NCBI GenBank assembly: GCA_045637805.1
Contig: JAZUAE010000021.1
Location: 1,638-65,637 of the forward strand
Direction of reading: 5' to 3'
Source of the DNA: Clostridia bacterium
Lineage (GTDB): Bacteria > Bacillota > Clostridia > Christensenellales > UBA1242
DNA length: 64,000 nt
This document shows positions 45,079-54,552 of this stretch, piece by piece. The notes below the pieces were generated by a model, which was not told where the DNA came from, did not search any database, and worked only from the letters and a program-made list of their open reading frames with translations. Within the stretch, counting starts at the first letter, position 1. The number at the start of each line of letters is the position of its first letter. The translations under genes were made by a program, and so were the position numbers.

Positions 45079-48000
45079 ATGTCAGAAACTCTTAAAAAAG
45101 AAAATTCAAACGAGAAAAAACCTTTAAATCTTGGTGGTCCAGCTCAATTCAATACTCTTCGTGCTGTTTGTACAGCACTCCGTGTTGCTGCAAGAAAAAT
45201 AGAAAACTCTAATATTTCAGAATGTTGGAAATATATTCAAAACAATAAAACAACAGATAGTGAATTAACTGCTGTTTCTAGTTACTTGCCGGATAGAGAG
45301 GCTGATGCTATCGCTCTTCTCAGACTTTCAAAAAGTCTTTGTGATATAGACGAGGGCACTCGTAGTCATATAATTCCAACTATATCAAGTATTGATCATG
45401 CAAAAGGCGAGTATGATAGAGCTTTAATTGATGCTACACCTGTTCTTGAAGAACAATTTCAAAATGCTGAAAAAAATTATAAGGCGGCAAGAAAGTTGAG
45501 AGCAAAAGCAAAGAGGGGAGTTTTTTTCAATAGGCTCGGAATTCTTGGAACTATAGGGTTAAGCATTGCGGGCATTGCTTTGGGTGGAAGCCTTATATCT
45601 GGTGCTGTTTCTGCATTGATGGCTGGCGCTTCTCTTACTTCTGGTGCATTCCTTGTTGCTTTAGGCCTTGGAATTTTTGCTGGTAAAGGAGCTATTGCTG
45701 GAATCAAAGGTTTATTTGGCTTATTTGGAAGAAACATTGGAAATCACAAGAAATTTCTAAATGATCAAAAAGCCAATTTTAATGAGTTAACGAATGCACT
45801 AAATAGAGCAAGAGAAAACTACAATGAGAACGTTAATGCAATAAGCATGAATAATGCTTACGGCTATGAGCCTGTAGATCAGGTTGCTTATGCTAAAGGT
45901 TTTGGTTATAACGAGTTTATTGTTGATGGCGACTTTAATAGATCTAGAAGGAATACTCAAGAATCAGAATTTATTGTTCCTGTTCAAGAATCTAAGAATG
46001 TTAGTTATGCTCAAAATGTGCCTGAAGAACAAGTAGAATATGTTCCACAAAACGCAGTGGATAATCAACAAAATTCAGCTGAGCAACAAAGCAATGGTGA
46101 AAATGAGGCTGAAAGATCGTTTAATAACAATAATGTTGAAGAACCTGTTGCTGATAAAAATGAAAACGCGCTACAAACTTACTGGAATGATTATAGAGAT
46201 TTTAAAGGAAAATATTTAGAAGAGAATCCTAACGCAAAAGCTGGCGATGTTAAAAGTGCTTTCGATGCTAGCAGAAAAGTAAACAAAGACAATCCTTGGG
46301 AAGCTTTCAAAAATTCAGCTGATGTTAATACTGATGAAGATGTGTTTGTTGCCGAATCAGATTATGATTTACAAGTGAACCATGCACAACTTATGTTTGA
46401 AGTTGCACAATACAACAAGGCAATAGAAGATTATAATAGTGGAAAACTATCTTATGAGGATTTAAAAACTATTCCGATAGGTGATTCTACATTTGAGAGA
46501 GTTATATCTGAACCTTATGATGATGGAAATTCTCTTGGTTATAGAATTGCATATCATAATAAGATGACTAAAAATGATAAAAAATATGGAATAGATGTGA
46601 AAACCATTGGCCCTAAACTTGCTGATAGAAGATCGTCTCTTCAAGATATGATTGATAAAGCAAATCAAGAAATACAATTGCTTCCAAAGAAGAATAATCC
46701 TACAGCACAACAAAATAGTGAAATTGGACCTAAAAAAGGTAATGGAATGGTAAATAACGTTTCTAAAATGGAAGCAAAATTTGCCACAGGCGACCCACAA
46801 ATCGATAAATTCTTTGCGGGCAAATCATACATTGATTGTCAACGCATGATTGATACTCTTTTTGCAAGAGATTCTGCACAAAGAGCTAGAGCACAAGAAT
46901 ATTTTGGAGATTTGGCTAAGAGTAAAGTATTTAGAGATAAAATCGCTCAAAAATGGGCAGACTTTAAACAGGAAAATAATATAGTTATTATTAATGGCAA
47001 AGGTGACGAAGATTTTGTTCTTGAATTTAAGCCATCAGCTGTTTGCGATGCTACAAGGAGTGAATTAAAACAAGCTATCGAAGATGCTGCACAACTTGAA
47101 GAAGTGGATTTACCAAAAGCAAAGATGGATAAGGCAATAAGTGCTGTATCAACTGCAGCAAAAGCCGTGTTAGAAAAAGAGAAAGAAGACAAAATTGTTG
47201 AAGCTCCAAGTAATGAACTTGTTGAACAAGAAAAGAAGGGATTAATTGAAGAAGACCTTACTAAACAATTCCAAAAAATGCTAAAAGCGCAAAATGGTGC
47301 TAAAGCGATACCTTCTAACAAAATTGAAAAAGGTGATTACTGGGCAGGTTATGCTGAGTTTAAAGCAAAATATTTAGAAGAAAATCCAGATAAGAAAGCT
47401 GGCGATGCACAAGCTGCTTATCGTGAAATGAAAAAAGAAGAGAAGTCTAAGGAAGTAGAAAAAGCTGGTTCTAATACTGCAGCAAACACTCAGTTAAAGA
47501 ATCCAGAATATGCTGAATTTAAAGCAAAATACTTGGCTGAAAATCCAGATAAGAAAGCTGGCGATGCGTGGAAAGCTTATCGCGATATGAGAAAACAAGC
47601 AAAAGCAGCTGAGGATGAGAGAACTGAAGTTGTATTAAATATACCTCCAAAAGTGGAAAAAGCTTCTAACATAGAATATGCAAATCCAGGACCTCAAGGT
47701 GTCGTTCCTGCGAGCGCGAGAAGAGAAAAAGCAGTTGGGGTTAGACAAACCGATACACGAGTAATACTTGCAGAACCAATTGTTGGTAATGTGGCTACTG
47801 AACAGAATTCTAGTGATAATCAGATAGATAAAGATATAATTGCGGCATTCAAAAAAGATCGTGAACCAATTGTGGCGGATTATATGAATAAAAATCCAGA
47901 CACCTCTGTTGTTAAATATAATCCTGATTTGTATAATTACAATGAGGAAGGAATTAAGGTTAAACCTGAAAAGGTGGATGCGGCACTTAAAAAATCTCAA

Positions 48001-48945
48001 TCAAAGCAAGAGTTTGCTAAATTTGAAAAAGAATATTTGACAAAAAATCCAGGCACAAGTGCATTAAAGGTATTGAAAGCTTATTCTGAAAGCCAAAAAG
48101 GAATTTCAGAAAAGGAATCTAAAGTAGAAAAAGCTGGTTCTAATACTGCAGCAAATACTCAATTAAAGAATCCAGAATATGCTAAGTTTAAAGAAAAATA
48201 TTTAGAAAAGAATCCAAAAGCAAATGCCGGTGATGCTTTAAAAGCTTATCGTGATATTAAAAAACAAGAGAAGTCTCAAAAAGAAGTAAAAAAAGCTGGT
48301 TCTAACACTGCAGCAAATACTCAATTAAAGAATTCAGAATATGCTAAGTTTAAAGAAAAATATTTAGCAAATAACCCAGGCAAGACAGCTGGAGAAGCAC
48401 GTGCTGCTTATTTTGAAAGTAAAAAGGCTAAGGTTGATAATAAACAAGTTAATGTTGATAATGTTAAAGGATCTATCGGCGTAGAAGTTGCTGGTGGCCA
48501 AGGAAAAGCAGGTAAAGCTGCTGCTCCACAAGTTAGAAAACTAACACCTGAAGAAATTGCTAACGCTCAAGCAAAGATAAATGAATTTGGCGAGGTCGTT
48601 AGAGGCGGTGAAAATCAGGCTAAAGCTGCTGCTCCACAAGTTAGAAGCCTAACACCTGAAGAAATTGATAAAGCTAAAGCTGATGCTTCAGAATATACTA
48701 ACAGCAGCGTTAATATGAACAACCTTAAAGATGTTACAAGACTAGGCAATCCTGTTAAAATAGATAATGGTGGTAAAATTCAATCTAATAACATGACAAA
48801 AAACGAAAAATATTCATTTAAACAATTTGCCGATGAAATTAGTGTTGATTTTGCTGACCCTAAAGCAGTAAATGATGCATTAAAGAGATTCAATGCTAAA
48901 AACAAAAAAGGTAATGAAAAGGAAGGGGAAGAACCTCAAATGTAA
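45079..48945 (+). CDS. Large hypothetical protein with a Gly/Ala-rich hydrophobic hairpin and internal repeats
   Basis: 1288-aa ORF, AGGAG RBS, own promoter and terminator; six or seven YAxFKxKYLxxNPxxxAGDAxxAY repeats. Confidence 0.8.
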   Translation: MSETLKKENSNEKKPLNLGGPAQFNTLRAVCTALRVAARKIENSNISECWKYIQNNKTTDSELTAVSSYLPDREADAIALLRLSKSLCDIDEGTRSHIIPTISSIDHAKGEYDRALIDATPVLEEQFQNAEKNYKAARKLRAKAKRGVFFNRLGILGTIGLSIAGIALGGSLISGAVSALMAGASLTSGAFLVALGLGIFAGKGAIAGIKGLFGLFGRNIGNHKKFLNDQKANFNELTNALNRARENYNENVNAISMNNAYGYEPVDQVAYAKGFGYNEFIVDGDFNRSRRNTQESEFIVPVQESKNVSYAQNVPEEQVEYVPQNAVDNQQNSAEQQSNGENEAERSFNNNNVEEPVADKNENALQTYWNDYRDFKGKYLEENPNAKAGDVKSAFDASRKVNKDNPWEAFKNSADVNTDEDVFVAESDYDLQVNHAQLMFEVAQYNKAIEDYNSGKLSYEDLKTIPIGDSTFERVISEPYDDGNSLGYRIAYHNKMTKNDKKYGIDVKTIGPKLADRRSSLQDMIDKANQEIQLLPKKNNPTAQQNSEIGPKKGNGMVNNVSKMEAKFATGDPQIDKFFAGKSYIDCQRMIDTLFARDSAQRARAQEYFGDLAKSKVFRDKIAQKWADFKQENNIVIINGKGDEDFVLEFKPSAVCDATRSELKQAIEDAAQLEEVDLPKAKMDKAISAVSTAAKAVLEKEKEDKIVEAPSNELVEQEKKGLIEEDLTKQFQKMLKAQNGAKAIPSNKIEKGDYWAGYAEFKAKYLEENPDKKAGDAQAAYREMKKEEKSKEVEKAGSNTAANTQLKNPEYAEFKAKYLAENPDKKAGDAWKAYRDMRKQAKAAEDERTEVVLNIPPKVEKASNIEYANPGPQGVVPASARREKAVGVRQTDTRVILAEPIVGNVATEQNSSDNQIDKDIIAAFKKDREPIVADYMNKNPDTSVVKYNPDLYNYNEEGIKVKPEKVDAALKKSQSKQEFAKFEKEYLTKNPGTSALKVLKAYSESQKGISEKESKVEKAGSNTAANTQLKNPEYAKFKEKYLEKNPKANAGDALKAYRDIKKQEKSQKEVKKAGSNTAANTQLKNSEYAKFKEKYLANNPGKTAGEARAAYFESKKAKVDNKQVNVDNVKGSIGVEVAGGQGKAGKAAAPQVRKLTPEEIANAQAKINEFGEVVRGGENQAKAAAPQVRSLTPEEIDKAKADASEYTNSSVNMNNLKDVTRLGNPVKIDNGGKIQSNNMTKNEKYSFKQFADEISVDFADPKAVNDALKRFNAKNKKGNEKEGEEPQM
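47455..48345 (+). repeat. Three approx. 60-bp intragenic direct repeats (47455, 48124, 48286) encoding V(E/K)KAGSNTAANTQLKN(P/S)EYA
   Basis: Near-identical DNA copies read directly from the sequence. Confidence 0.85.
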
Positions 48946-48946
48946 T

Positions 48947-48979
48947 AATAACTGCGGATATATTCCGCGGTTATTTTTT
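48947..48979 (+). terminator. Intrinsic terminator
   Basis: AATAACTGCGGA/TCCGCGGTTATT stem plus T tract. Confidence 0.75.
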
Positions 48980-49024
48980 GTCTAAATTATTTGCTTTTGG
49001 CGAAAATTGTGTTAATATATAATT

Positions 49025-50126
49025 ATGGTAAATAGTAATAGAAGAGAATTGTTAGAAAGCGTAATGGGGAAATTAAAAAATTCTCTTGACTGTCTTTGAC
49101 AGGAGTGCGCTAGAAAACGAACTAAAGAATATACAAAAAATTGAGCTCGAGCCTGATTTTTATAAAGATTCGTCTTTAGTAAAAAAGATGGGGAATAGAA
49201 AGAAAGAACTTGAAAAAAACATAGAGCTTATTAATACTTGCAAGGCTGAGGGGGATTTTTTATCTGAAGTTATTGACTTGTTAGATGAAATGACTGAAGA
49301 TGATAAAACTGACTTTGATAATGGATTAAATAAATTATCCATAAAAGTTGAAGAGCTCTATATACAAACGCTTTACAGTGGTGAATTTGATTCAAACAAT
49401 GCATTGATTGAACTTCATTCGGGGGCGGGCGGCGAAGAGGCTCAAGACTGGACTGAAATGCTTTCACGTATGTATTTAAGATATGCCGAGAAAAAAGGAT
49501 ATTCATCAACCATTCTTGATGTTTCACCTGGTGATGGTGCCGGCATTAAAAGTATGTATATATTAATAGAAGGTGAAAAGGCTTATGGCAATCTTAAAAA
49601 TGAGAATGGCGTACACCGCCTGGTAAGATTGTCGCCTTTTGATAGTAATCACAGAAGGCATACTTCTTTCGCAAGTTGCAGTGTTTCTCCTATGATTGAA
49701 GATGGTTTCGAGATTGTTCTAGATGAAAAAGATCTAAAAATAGATACTTATAGAAGTGGCGGTGCTGGTGGACAAAATGTAAACAAGGTGGAATCTGCTG
49801 TTAGAATTACGCACTTGCCAACGGGAATTGTTGTATGTTGTCAAAACGAGCGCAGTCAGCTGCAAAACAAGGCGCAAGCAATGGCAATGTTAAAGTCTAA
49901 GCTTGCACGCAGAGAAGAAGAAAAACGTGAGTCTGAAAAACTTGCACAAAAAGGTGAGCAGAAAAAGAACGAGTGGGGCAGTCAAATTAGATCTTATGTT
50001 CTTCACCCATATCTGATGATAAAAGATCACAGGACAGGATATGAAACAAGCAATACTGATGATGTTTTAGATGGCAATCTTGAGCCGTTTATAATAGAGA
50101 ATTTAAAAACAAAAGCGAGGGGTTAA
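49025..50126 (+). CDS. prfB: Peptide chain release factor 2, translated via programmed +1 frameshift at CTT TGA C (49094-49100)
   Basis: ATG 49025 gives 24 codons ending CTT-TGA-C; the +1 frame carries [36 protein letters not shown]. Confidence 0.95.
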
Positions 50127-50127
50127 A

Positions 50128-50523
50128 ATGAATAGAGAAGAAGCAAAGAAGATTTATGAAAAGAATATCGTACACATGGATAATCTTGTCAAAGAACTTT
50201 ATGATTTGAAAGCCGAGATGGATAAGGCTGAGGCTGTATATTTTGAAAAACTAAAAAGTCTACGAAAAAGTGGTGTGCTTTCTAGTGGTGGATATATAGT
50301 TAAAGGCGACGAAGATGAATCTTTCCTTGAAACCTTGCATGAACTTGAAGAATATGAAGAAGATCGCTATGCGGGAATAGAGAAGAATGCTCTTAAAGAA
50401 TCCAAAATTGCATATATGGATAAACTTTTTGAAATTAGCAAATTTAAGACAGAGCTTGATTTCGCAAAAGCGGCTTTAGATAAAGCTGAATCTGAAAATG
50501 TGTCAGGTAGAGAAAATGAATAA
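50128..50523 (+). CDS. Hypothetical acidic coiled-coil protein
   Basis: 131-aa ORF with GAGGGG RBS, tightly packed between prfB and tsaD. Confidence 0.65.
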   Translation: MNREEAKKIYEKNIVHMDNLVKELYDLKAEMDKAEAVYFEKLKSLRKSGVLSSGGYIVKGDEDESFLETLHELEEYEEDRYAGIEKNALKESKIAYMDKLFEISKFKTELDFAKAALDKAESENVSGRENE

Positions 50524-51529
50524 AGATGTTTACATTTTAGCGATTGAATCTAGCTGTGATGACACAGGTGTTGCTATTGTGAAAAATGGCAGAGAGGTTA
50601 TAAGCAATGTCGTCTCTAGCCAAATAGATATCCATACGCTTTATGGTGGTGTGGTGCCAGAGATTGCGTCACGCAATCATGCGGTAAATATCAACGGGGT
50701 TTGTAAAGAAGCATTAAAGCGTGCAAATATGACTCTTGATCAAATTGATGCCATTGCTGTAACTTACGGCGCTGGACTACTTGGGGCGCTTATCGTGGGT
50801 GTTAATTTTGCTAAAGGTTTGGCTTATAGTACTGGAAAACCGCTTATTGCAGTGAATCACATAGAAGGGCATATTGCTGCAAACTATATAGAGTTTAAAG
50901 ATCTTCAGCCACCATTCTTGTGTTTAATTGTAAGCGGTGGGCATACTGCACTTGTAGAGATGAAGGATTATACTACTAGAAAACTTATAGGAACCACAAC
51001 TGATGATGCTGTTGGTGAGGCGTTTGATAAAGTTGCACGTATTTTAGGGCTGCCTTATCCTGGTGGGCCAAGCATACAAAAGCATGCTGCAAACGGAAAT
51101 GCATCTATTAAATTTACACGCACGCACGCGCGCGAAGATTATAATTTTTCATACAGTGGACTAAAAACTGCAGTCGTAAATTATGTGCACACAATAGAGC
51201 AGCGTGGTGAGGTTGTGCCTGTAGATGATATTTGTGCGTCTTTCCAAAAGGAGGCCGTTGATATGCTTATTTCAAATACAATTAAAGCCGCTAAAGATTT
51301 TGGTTATAAGAAGATTGTGTTGGCAGGCGGCGTAAGTGCTAATGCTGCGCTCCGTGATGGCATGAAGGCTGCGGCAAAACAATACAAAATTGAAGTCTAT
51401 TATCCGCAGCTCGCACTTTGCACTGACAATGCGGCAATGATAGGTGCTGCAGGGTATATAGGTTATGTGTCTGGCAATGGAAGTGTTGACCCAAAAACCA
51501 TTCAACCAGCAAGTACCATTAAACTATAA
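50516..51529 (+). CDS. tsaD: tRNA N6-threonylcarbamoyltransferase TsaD
   Basis: ILAIESSCDDT, GGVVPEIASRNH, NHIEGH, SGGHT, GEAFDKVAR, SYSGLKT, CTDNAAMIG. Confidence 0.96.
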   Translation: MNKDVYILAIESSCDDTGVAIVKNGREVISNVVSSQIDIHTLYGGVVPEIASRNHAVNINGVCKEALKRANMTLDQIDAIAVTYGAGLLGALIVGVNFAKGLAYSTGKPLIAVNHIEGHIAANYIEFKDLQPPFLCLIVSGGHTALVEMKDYTTRKLIGTTTDDAVGEAFDKVARILGLPYPGGPSIQKHAANGNASIKFTRTHAREDYNFSYSGLKTAVVNYVHTIEQRGEVVPVDDICASFQKEAVDMLISNTIKAAKDFGYKKIVLAGGVSANAALRDGMKAAAKQYKIEVYYPQLALCTDNAAMIGAAGYIGYVSGNGSVDPKTIQPASTIKL

Positions 51530-51634
51530 AATTCGTAATAAAAAAGATAAATTTCTATTGACTTTAAATATTTCGTGTGTTATTATACTAACGCACTTAC
51601 CGATGGGTAGTGTTAATTTTTTAGGAGAAAAATT

Positions 51635-51784
51635 ATGAGAAACAAGATTACATTAGAGTGCACAGAATGCAAACAAAGAAATTATGACAACATGAAAAAC
51701 AAGAAAAACACTCCAGATAGAATTGAAATGAAAAAGTTCTGTCCATTCTGCAAAAAGCACACTGTTCATAAAGAAACAAAGTAG
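51635..51784 (+). CDS. rpmG: 50S ribosomal protein L33 (Zn-binding type; below the ORF-track cutoff)
   Basis: [17 protein letters not shown]...[25 protein letters not shown]. Confidence 0.95.
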   Translation: MRNKITLECTECKQRNYDNMKNKKNTPDRIEMKKFCPFCKKHTVHKETK

Positions 51785-51797
51785 TAGGAGAGCGTAA

Positions 51798-52043
51798 ATG
51801 GCAAAACGTGAAATTGTACAAAACAATGTAAAGGTTAAACCAAAGAAAGCTGCTAAACGTGAAAAAACTGTTAAGGTTAGTAAAGCAAAAGAAACAATCT
51901 CTGAACTTAAAAAGGTTTCTTGGCCATCTTTTGGTAAAACCATGAAACAAACAGGAATGGTTATTTCTGTTGTGGCAATTTTTACATTGCTTATTTTAGG
52001 TATTGATAGTTTACTTACTTGGCTTATTAGCCTAATAGGATAA
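51798..52043 (+). CDS. secE: Preprotein translocase subunit SecE
   Basis: SELKKVSWPS plus C-terminal TM; between rpmG and nusG. Confidence 0.93.
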   Translation: MAKREIVQNNVKVKPKKAAKREKTVKVSKAKETISELKKVSWPSFGKTMKQTGMVISVVAIFTLLILGIDSLLTWLISLIG

Positions 52044-52053
52044 GGAGAAGATT

Positions 52054-52584
52054 ATGACAGAAATTTTAGAAGAACCAAAATGGTATGTCATTCATACACT
52101 TTCTGGCTATGAAAATATGGCCCTTGACGGCTTAAATAAATGTATTGCTAAAAACAATCTTCAAGATAAGATCATGGAAGTTAAAATTCCTATGGAAGAT
52201 GTTATTGAAGAAAAAAATGGCAAGAAAAAAGTTGTTCAAAAAAAGAAATACCCATGCTATGTTATGTTAAAGATGCGTTATGATGATAAGTTATGGCATA
52301 CAATTGTTAACACTCGTGGTGTGACAGGTTTCTGCGGCCCTCAAGGTCGTCCACTTCCATTAACCGATGATGAAGTTAGAAAGATGAGTCTTGAGAAAAT
52401 TGTTGTTGACATCAAGGTTGCTGTTGGCGACAAGGTTAAGGTTGTATCCGGACCTCTTGATGGTTTCGTTGGCGTTGTTCAAGCCATTGATGCTGAAAAT
52501 CAAAAATGCAAAGTTGTAGTTGAAATGTTTGGTCGCGATACTAGCGTTGAACTTGACTACTCTCAAATTGAACAATTAGATTAA
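52054..52584 (+). CDS. nusG: Transcription termination/antitermination factor NusG
   Basis: WYVIHT.SGYE, NTRGVTGF, KOW domain, MFGRDT.VEL. Confidence 0.96.
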   Translation: MTEILEEPKWYVIHTLSGYENMALDGLNKCIAKNNLQDKIMEVKIPMEDVIEEKNGKKKVVQKKKYPCYVMLKMRYDDKLWHTIVNTRGVTGFCGPQGRPLPLTDDEVRKMSLEKIVVDIKVAVGDKVKVVSGPLDGFVGVVQAIDAENQKCKVVVEMFGRDTSVELDYSQIEQLD

Positions 52585-52617
52585 TTTGTTATTGAAAGCT
52601 ATATGCTTTTGATATAT

Positions 52618-52657
52618 GTGGGAGAAAGTAAATTTTTCATGCTTTCATTAAAACCAC
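52618..52657 (+). promoter_or_regulatory. Putative L1-binding autoregulatory leader of rplK-rplA
   Basis: GTGGGAG...ACCAC closing stem with inner GAAAG/CTTTC stem, the Firmicute rplK leader pattern. Confidence 0.6.
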
Positions 52658-52687
52658 GCCTATCCAAGTTTGGATAAAGGAGATATT

Positions 52688-53119
52688 ATGGCACCAGTTA
52701 AAAAAATTCAAGCAGTCGTAAAGCTCCAGTTGCCAGCTGGTAAAGCTACTGCAGGTCCTCCAGTAGGTTCTACTTTAGGTCCACATGGAATTAACCTTCC
52801 AGCATTCGTTAAAGAATTTAACGAAAAAACTGCCGCTCAAGCAGGTCTTATTATTCCAGTAGTAATGACTATTTATGCGGACAGATCATTTGAGTTTGTT
52901 ATGAAGACTCCTCCAGCAGCCGTTCTTATTTTAAAGGCTCTAGGTCTTGATAAAGCAAGCGCAAAACCAAACAGAGAAAAAGTCGGAAAATTAACTCAGG
53001 CTCAACTTAAAGAGATTGCTGAAACTAAGATGAAAGATCTTAATGCTAACACAATCGAAGCTGCTATGAGTATGATTAAGGGTACTGCTCGTTCTATGGG
53101 CATTACTGTAGAGGAATAG
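52688..53119 (+). CDS. rplK: 50S ribosomal protein L11
   Basis: [31 protein letters not shown]. Confidence 0.97.
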   Translation: MAPVKKIQAVVKLQLPAGKATAGPPVGSTLGPHGINLPAFVKEFNEKTAAQAGLIIPVVMTIYADRSFEFVMKTPPAAVLILKALGLDKASAKPNREKVGKLTQAQLKEIAETKMKDLNANTIEAAMSMIKGTARSMGITVEE

Positions 53120-53129
53120 GGAGGCAATT

Positions 53130-53816
53130 ATGAAACGCGGAAAGAATTATAAAGCTAGTGCCTCTTTAGTAGAGCGCTCTAAAATTTATGAACCAAAGGA
53201 AGCTTTGGCTCTTGCAATCGACACAGCTAAGGCTAAGTTTGATGAAACTATCGAACTTCATGTTAAGCTTGGTGTTGATCCTAAAAACGCTGATCAACAA
53301 GTTCGTGGCTCAGTTGTACTTCCTAACGGTACAGGTAAAACTGTAAAAGTTTTAGTTATCGCTAAGGGTGACAAGGCTGATGAAGCTAAAGCTAACGGTG
53401 CTGATGTTGTTGGCGCAGAAGAAATTGTTGATAAAATCTTAAAACAAAACTGGCTCGATTTTGATGCTTGTATTACAACACCTGATATGATGGGCTTAGT
53501 TGGTAGAATCGCTAGAGTACTTGGACCACGTGGTTTAATGCCAAACCCTAAGAGTGGTACAGTTACAACAGACGTTGCTAAAGCCATCAAAGATATTAAA
53601 GCTGGTAAAGTTGAATACAGACTTGATAAATTTGGTATTATTCATGTTACTATTGGTAAAAAGAGCTTTGGTGTAGAAAAACTCAATGAAAACTACGAAA
53701 CACTTATGGACGCTTTAATTAAAGCAAAACCACAAGCTGCAAAGGGTACATATTTAAAGAGTATTTCTCTTAGCGCTACAATGGGTCCTGGAATTAAGAC
53801 TATTTATAGAGTATAA
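53130..53816 (+). CDS. rplA: 50S ribosomal protein L1
   Basis: [34 protein letters not shown]. Confidence 0.97.
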   Translation: MKRGKNYKASASLVERSKIYEPKEALALAIDTAKAKFDETIELHVKLGVDPKNADQQVRGSVVLPNGTGKTVKVLVIAKGDKADEAKANGADVVGAEEIVDKILKQNWLDFDACITTPDMMGLVGRIARVLGPRGLMPNPKSGTVTTDVAKAIKDIKAGKVEYRLDKFGIIHVTIGKKSFGVEKLNENYETLMDALIKAKPQAAKGTYLKSISLSATMGPGIKTIYRV

Positions 53817-53821
53817 AAATG

Positions 53822-53849
53822 AAATCCCGATTAAATTCGGGATTTTTTT
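53822..53849 (+). terminator. Intrinsic terminator after rplA
   Basis: AAATCCCGA/TCGGGATTT stem plus T tract. Confidence 0.8.
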
Positions 53850-54010
53850 GTGTAAAATATGCAAAAAGTTTATTAAAAATTGATAAAGTCAAGGTTTTTC
53901 CAAATCCATAAAAAACACTTCAAGTACACACGTGTTTTTGTTAATAAAATAGGGAGCAAGAGTCTATTTTATAATTTTATAAAAAAATTTATATTTTTTG
54001 TAAAAAACTA

Positions 54011-54039
54011 TTGACACGGGGCCGTGTGTATAGTACAAT
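54011..54039 (+). promoter_or_regulatory. S10 operon promoter
   Basis: TTGACA-17-TACAAT. Confidence 0.8.
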
Positions 54040-54045
54040 ATGAAG

Positions 54046-54200
54046 GCTGTAAATTGGGACGATGCGGGAGATTGCTCGATGAGCCTTGATTCGAGATAAC
54101 TCATGCAGACAATTGTTGGGGCTTGACCCCGGCGACAAACTTGTTCTTGCCAAGCCACGAAACAAAATATTTACAGTGTGGTGGAACGCTTTCGGTTTGT
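54046..54200 (+). ncRNA. Structured rpsJ 5' leader (resembles the clostridial S10 leader motif)
   Basis: GC-rich leader with GATGCGGGAG..TGC, CCCGGCG and a closing stem CTGTAAAT (54047) / ATTTACAG (54169). Confidence 0.6.
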
Positions 54201-54223
54201 AAAAATATTATGGAGGAAAAAAC

Positions 54224-54532
54224 ATGGCAACACAAAAAATTAGAATTAAATTAAAAGCATACGACCATGACCTTGTTGATCAGTCTGCTGCAAGAATTGT
54301 GGAAACTGCTACTAAAGCAGGTGCTAAGGTGTCAGGACCTATTCCTATGCCAACAGAGAAGGAAATCGTTACAATCCTTCGTTCAGTTCACAAACATAAA
54401 GATTCTCGTGAACAATTTGAAATAAGAACACATAAAAGACTTATTGATATTTACAACCCATCAGCTAAAACTGTTGATGCACTTATGAAGATTGATCTTC
54501 CTAGCGGCGTTGATATCAATATTAAATTATAA
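54224..54532 (+). CDS. rpsJ: 30S ribosomal protein S10
   Basis: [33 protein letters not shown]. Confidence 0.98.
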   Translation: MATQKIRIKLKAYDHDLVDQSAARIVETATKAGAKVSGPIPMPTEKEIVTILRSVHKHKDSREQFEIRTHKRLIDIYNPSAKTVDALMKIDLPSGVDINIKL

Positions 54533-54552
54533 ACAGGGGGAGAGAAGTGATT

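Noticed and set aside
49086-50126. prfB as a pseudogene or starting at TTG 49086
   Set aside because: The upstream ATG frame ends in the canonical CTT TGA C shift site in the correct +1 relation
51648-51950. Minus-strand ORFs of 100 and 96 aa
   Set aside because: Shadows of rpmG and secE on the plus strand
53964-54158. 64-aa minus-strand ORF upstream of rpsJ
   Set aside because: Antisense to the S10 promoter and structured leader
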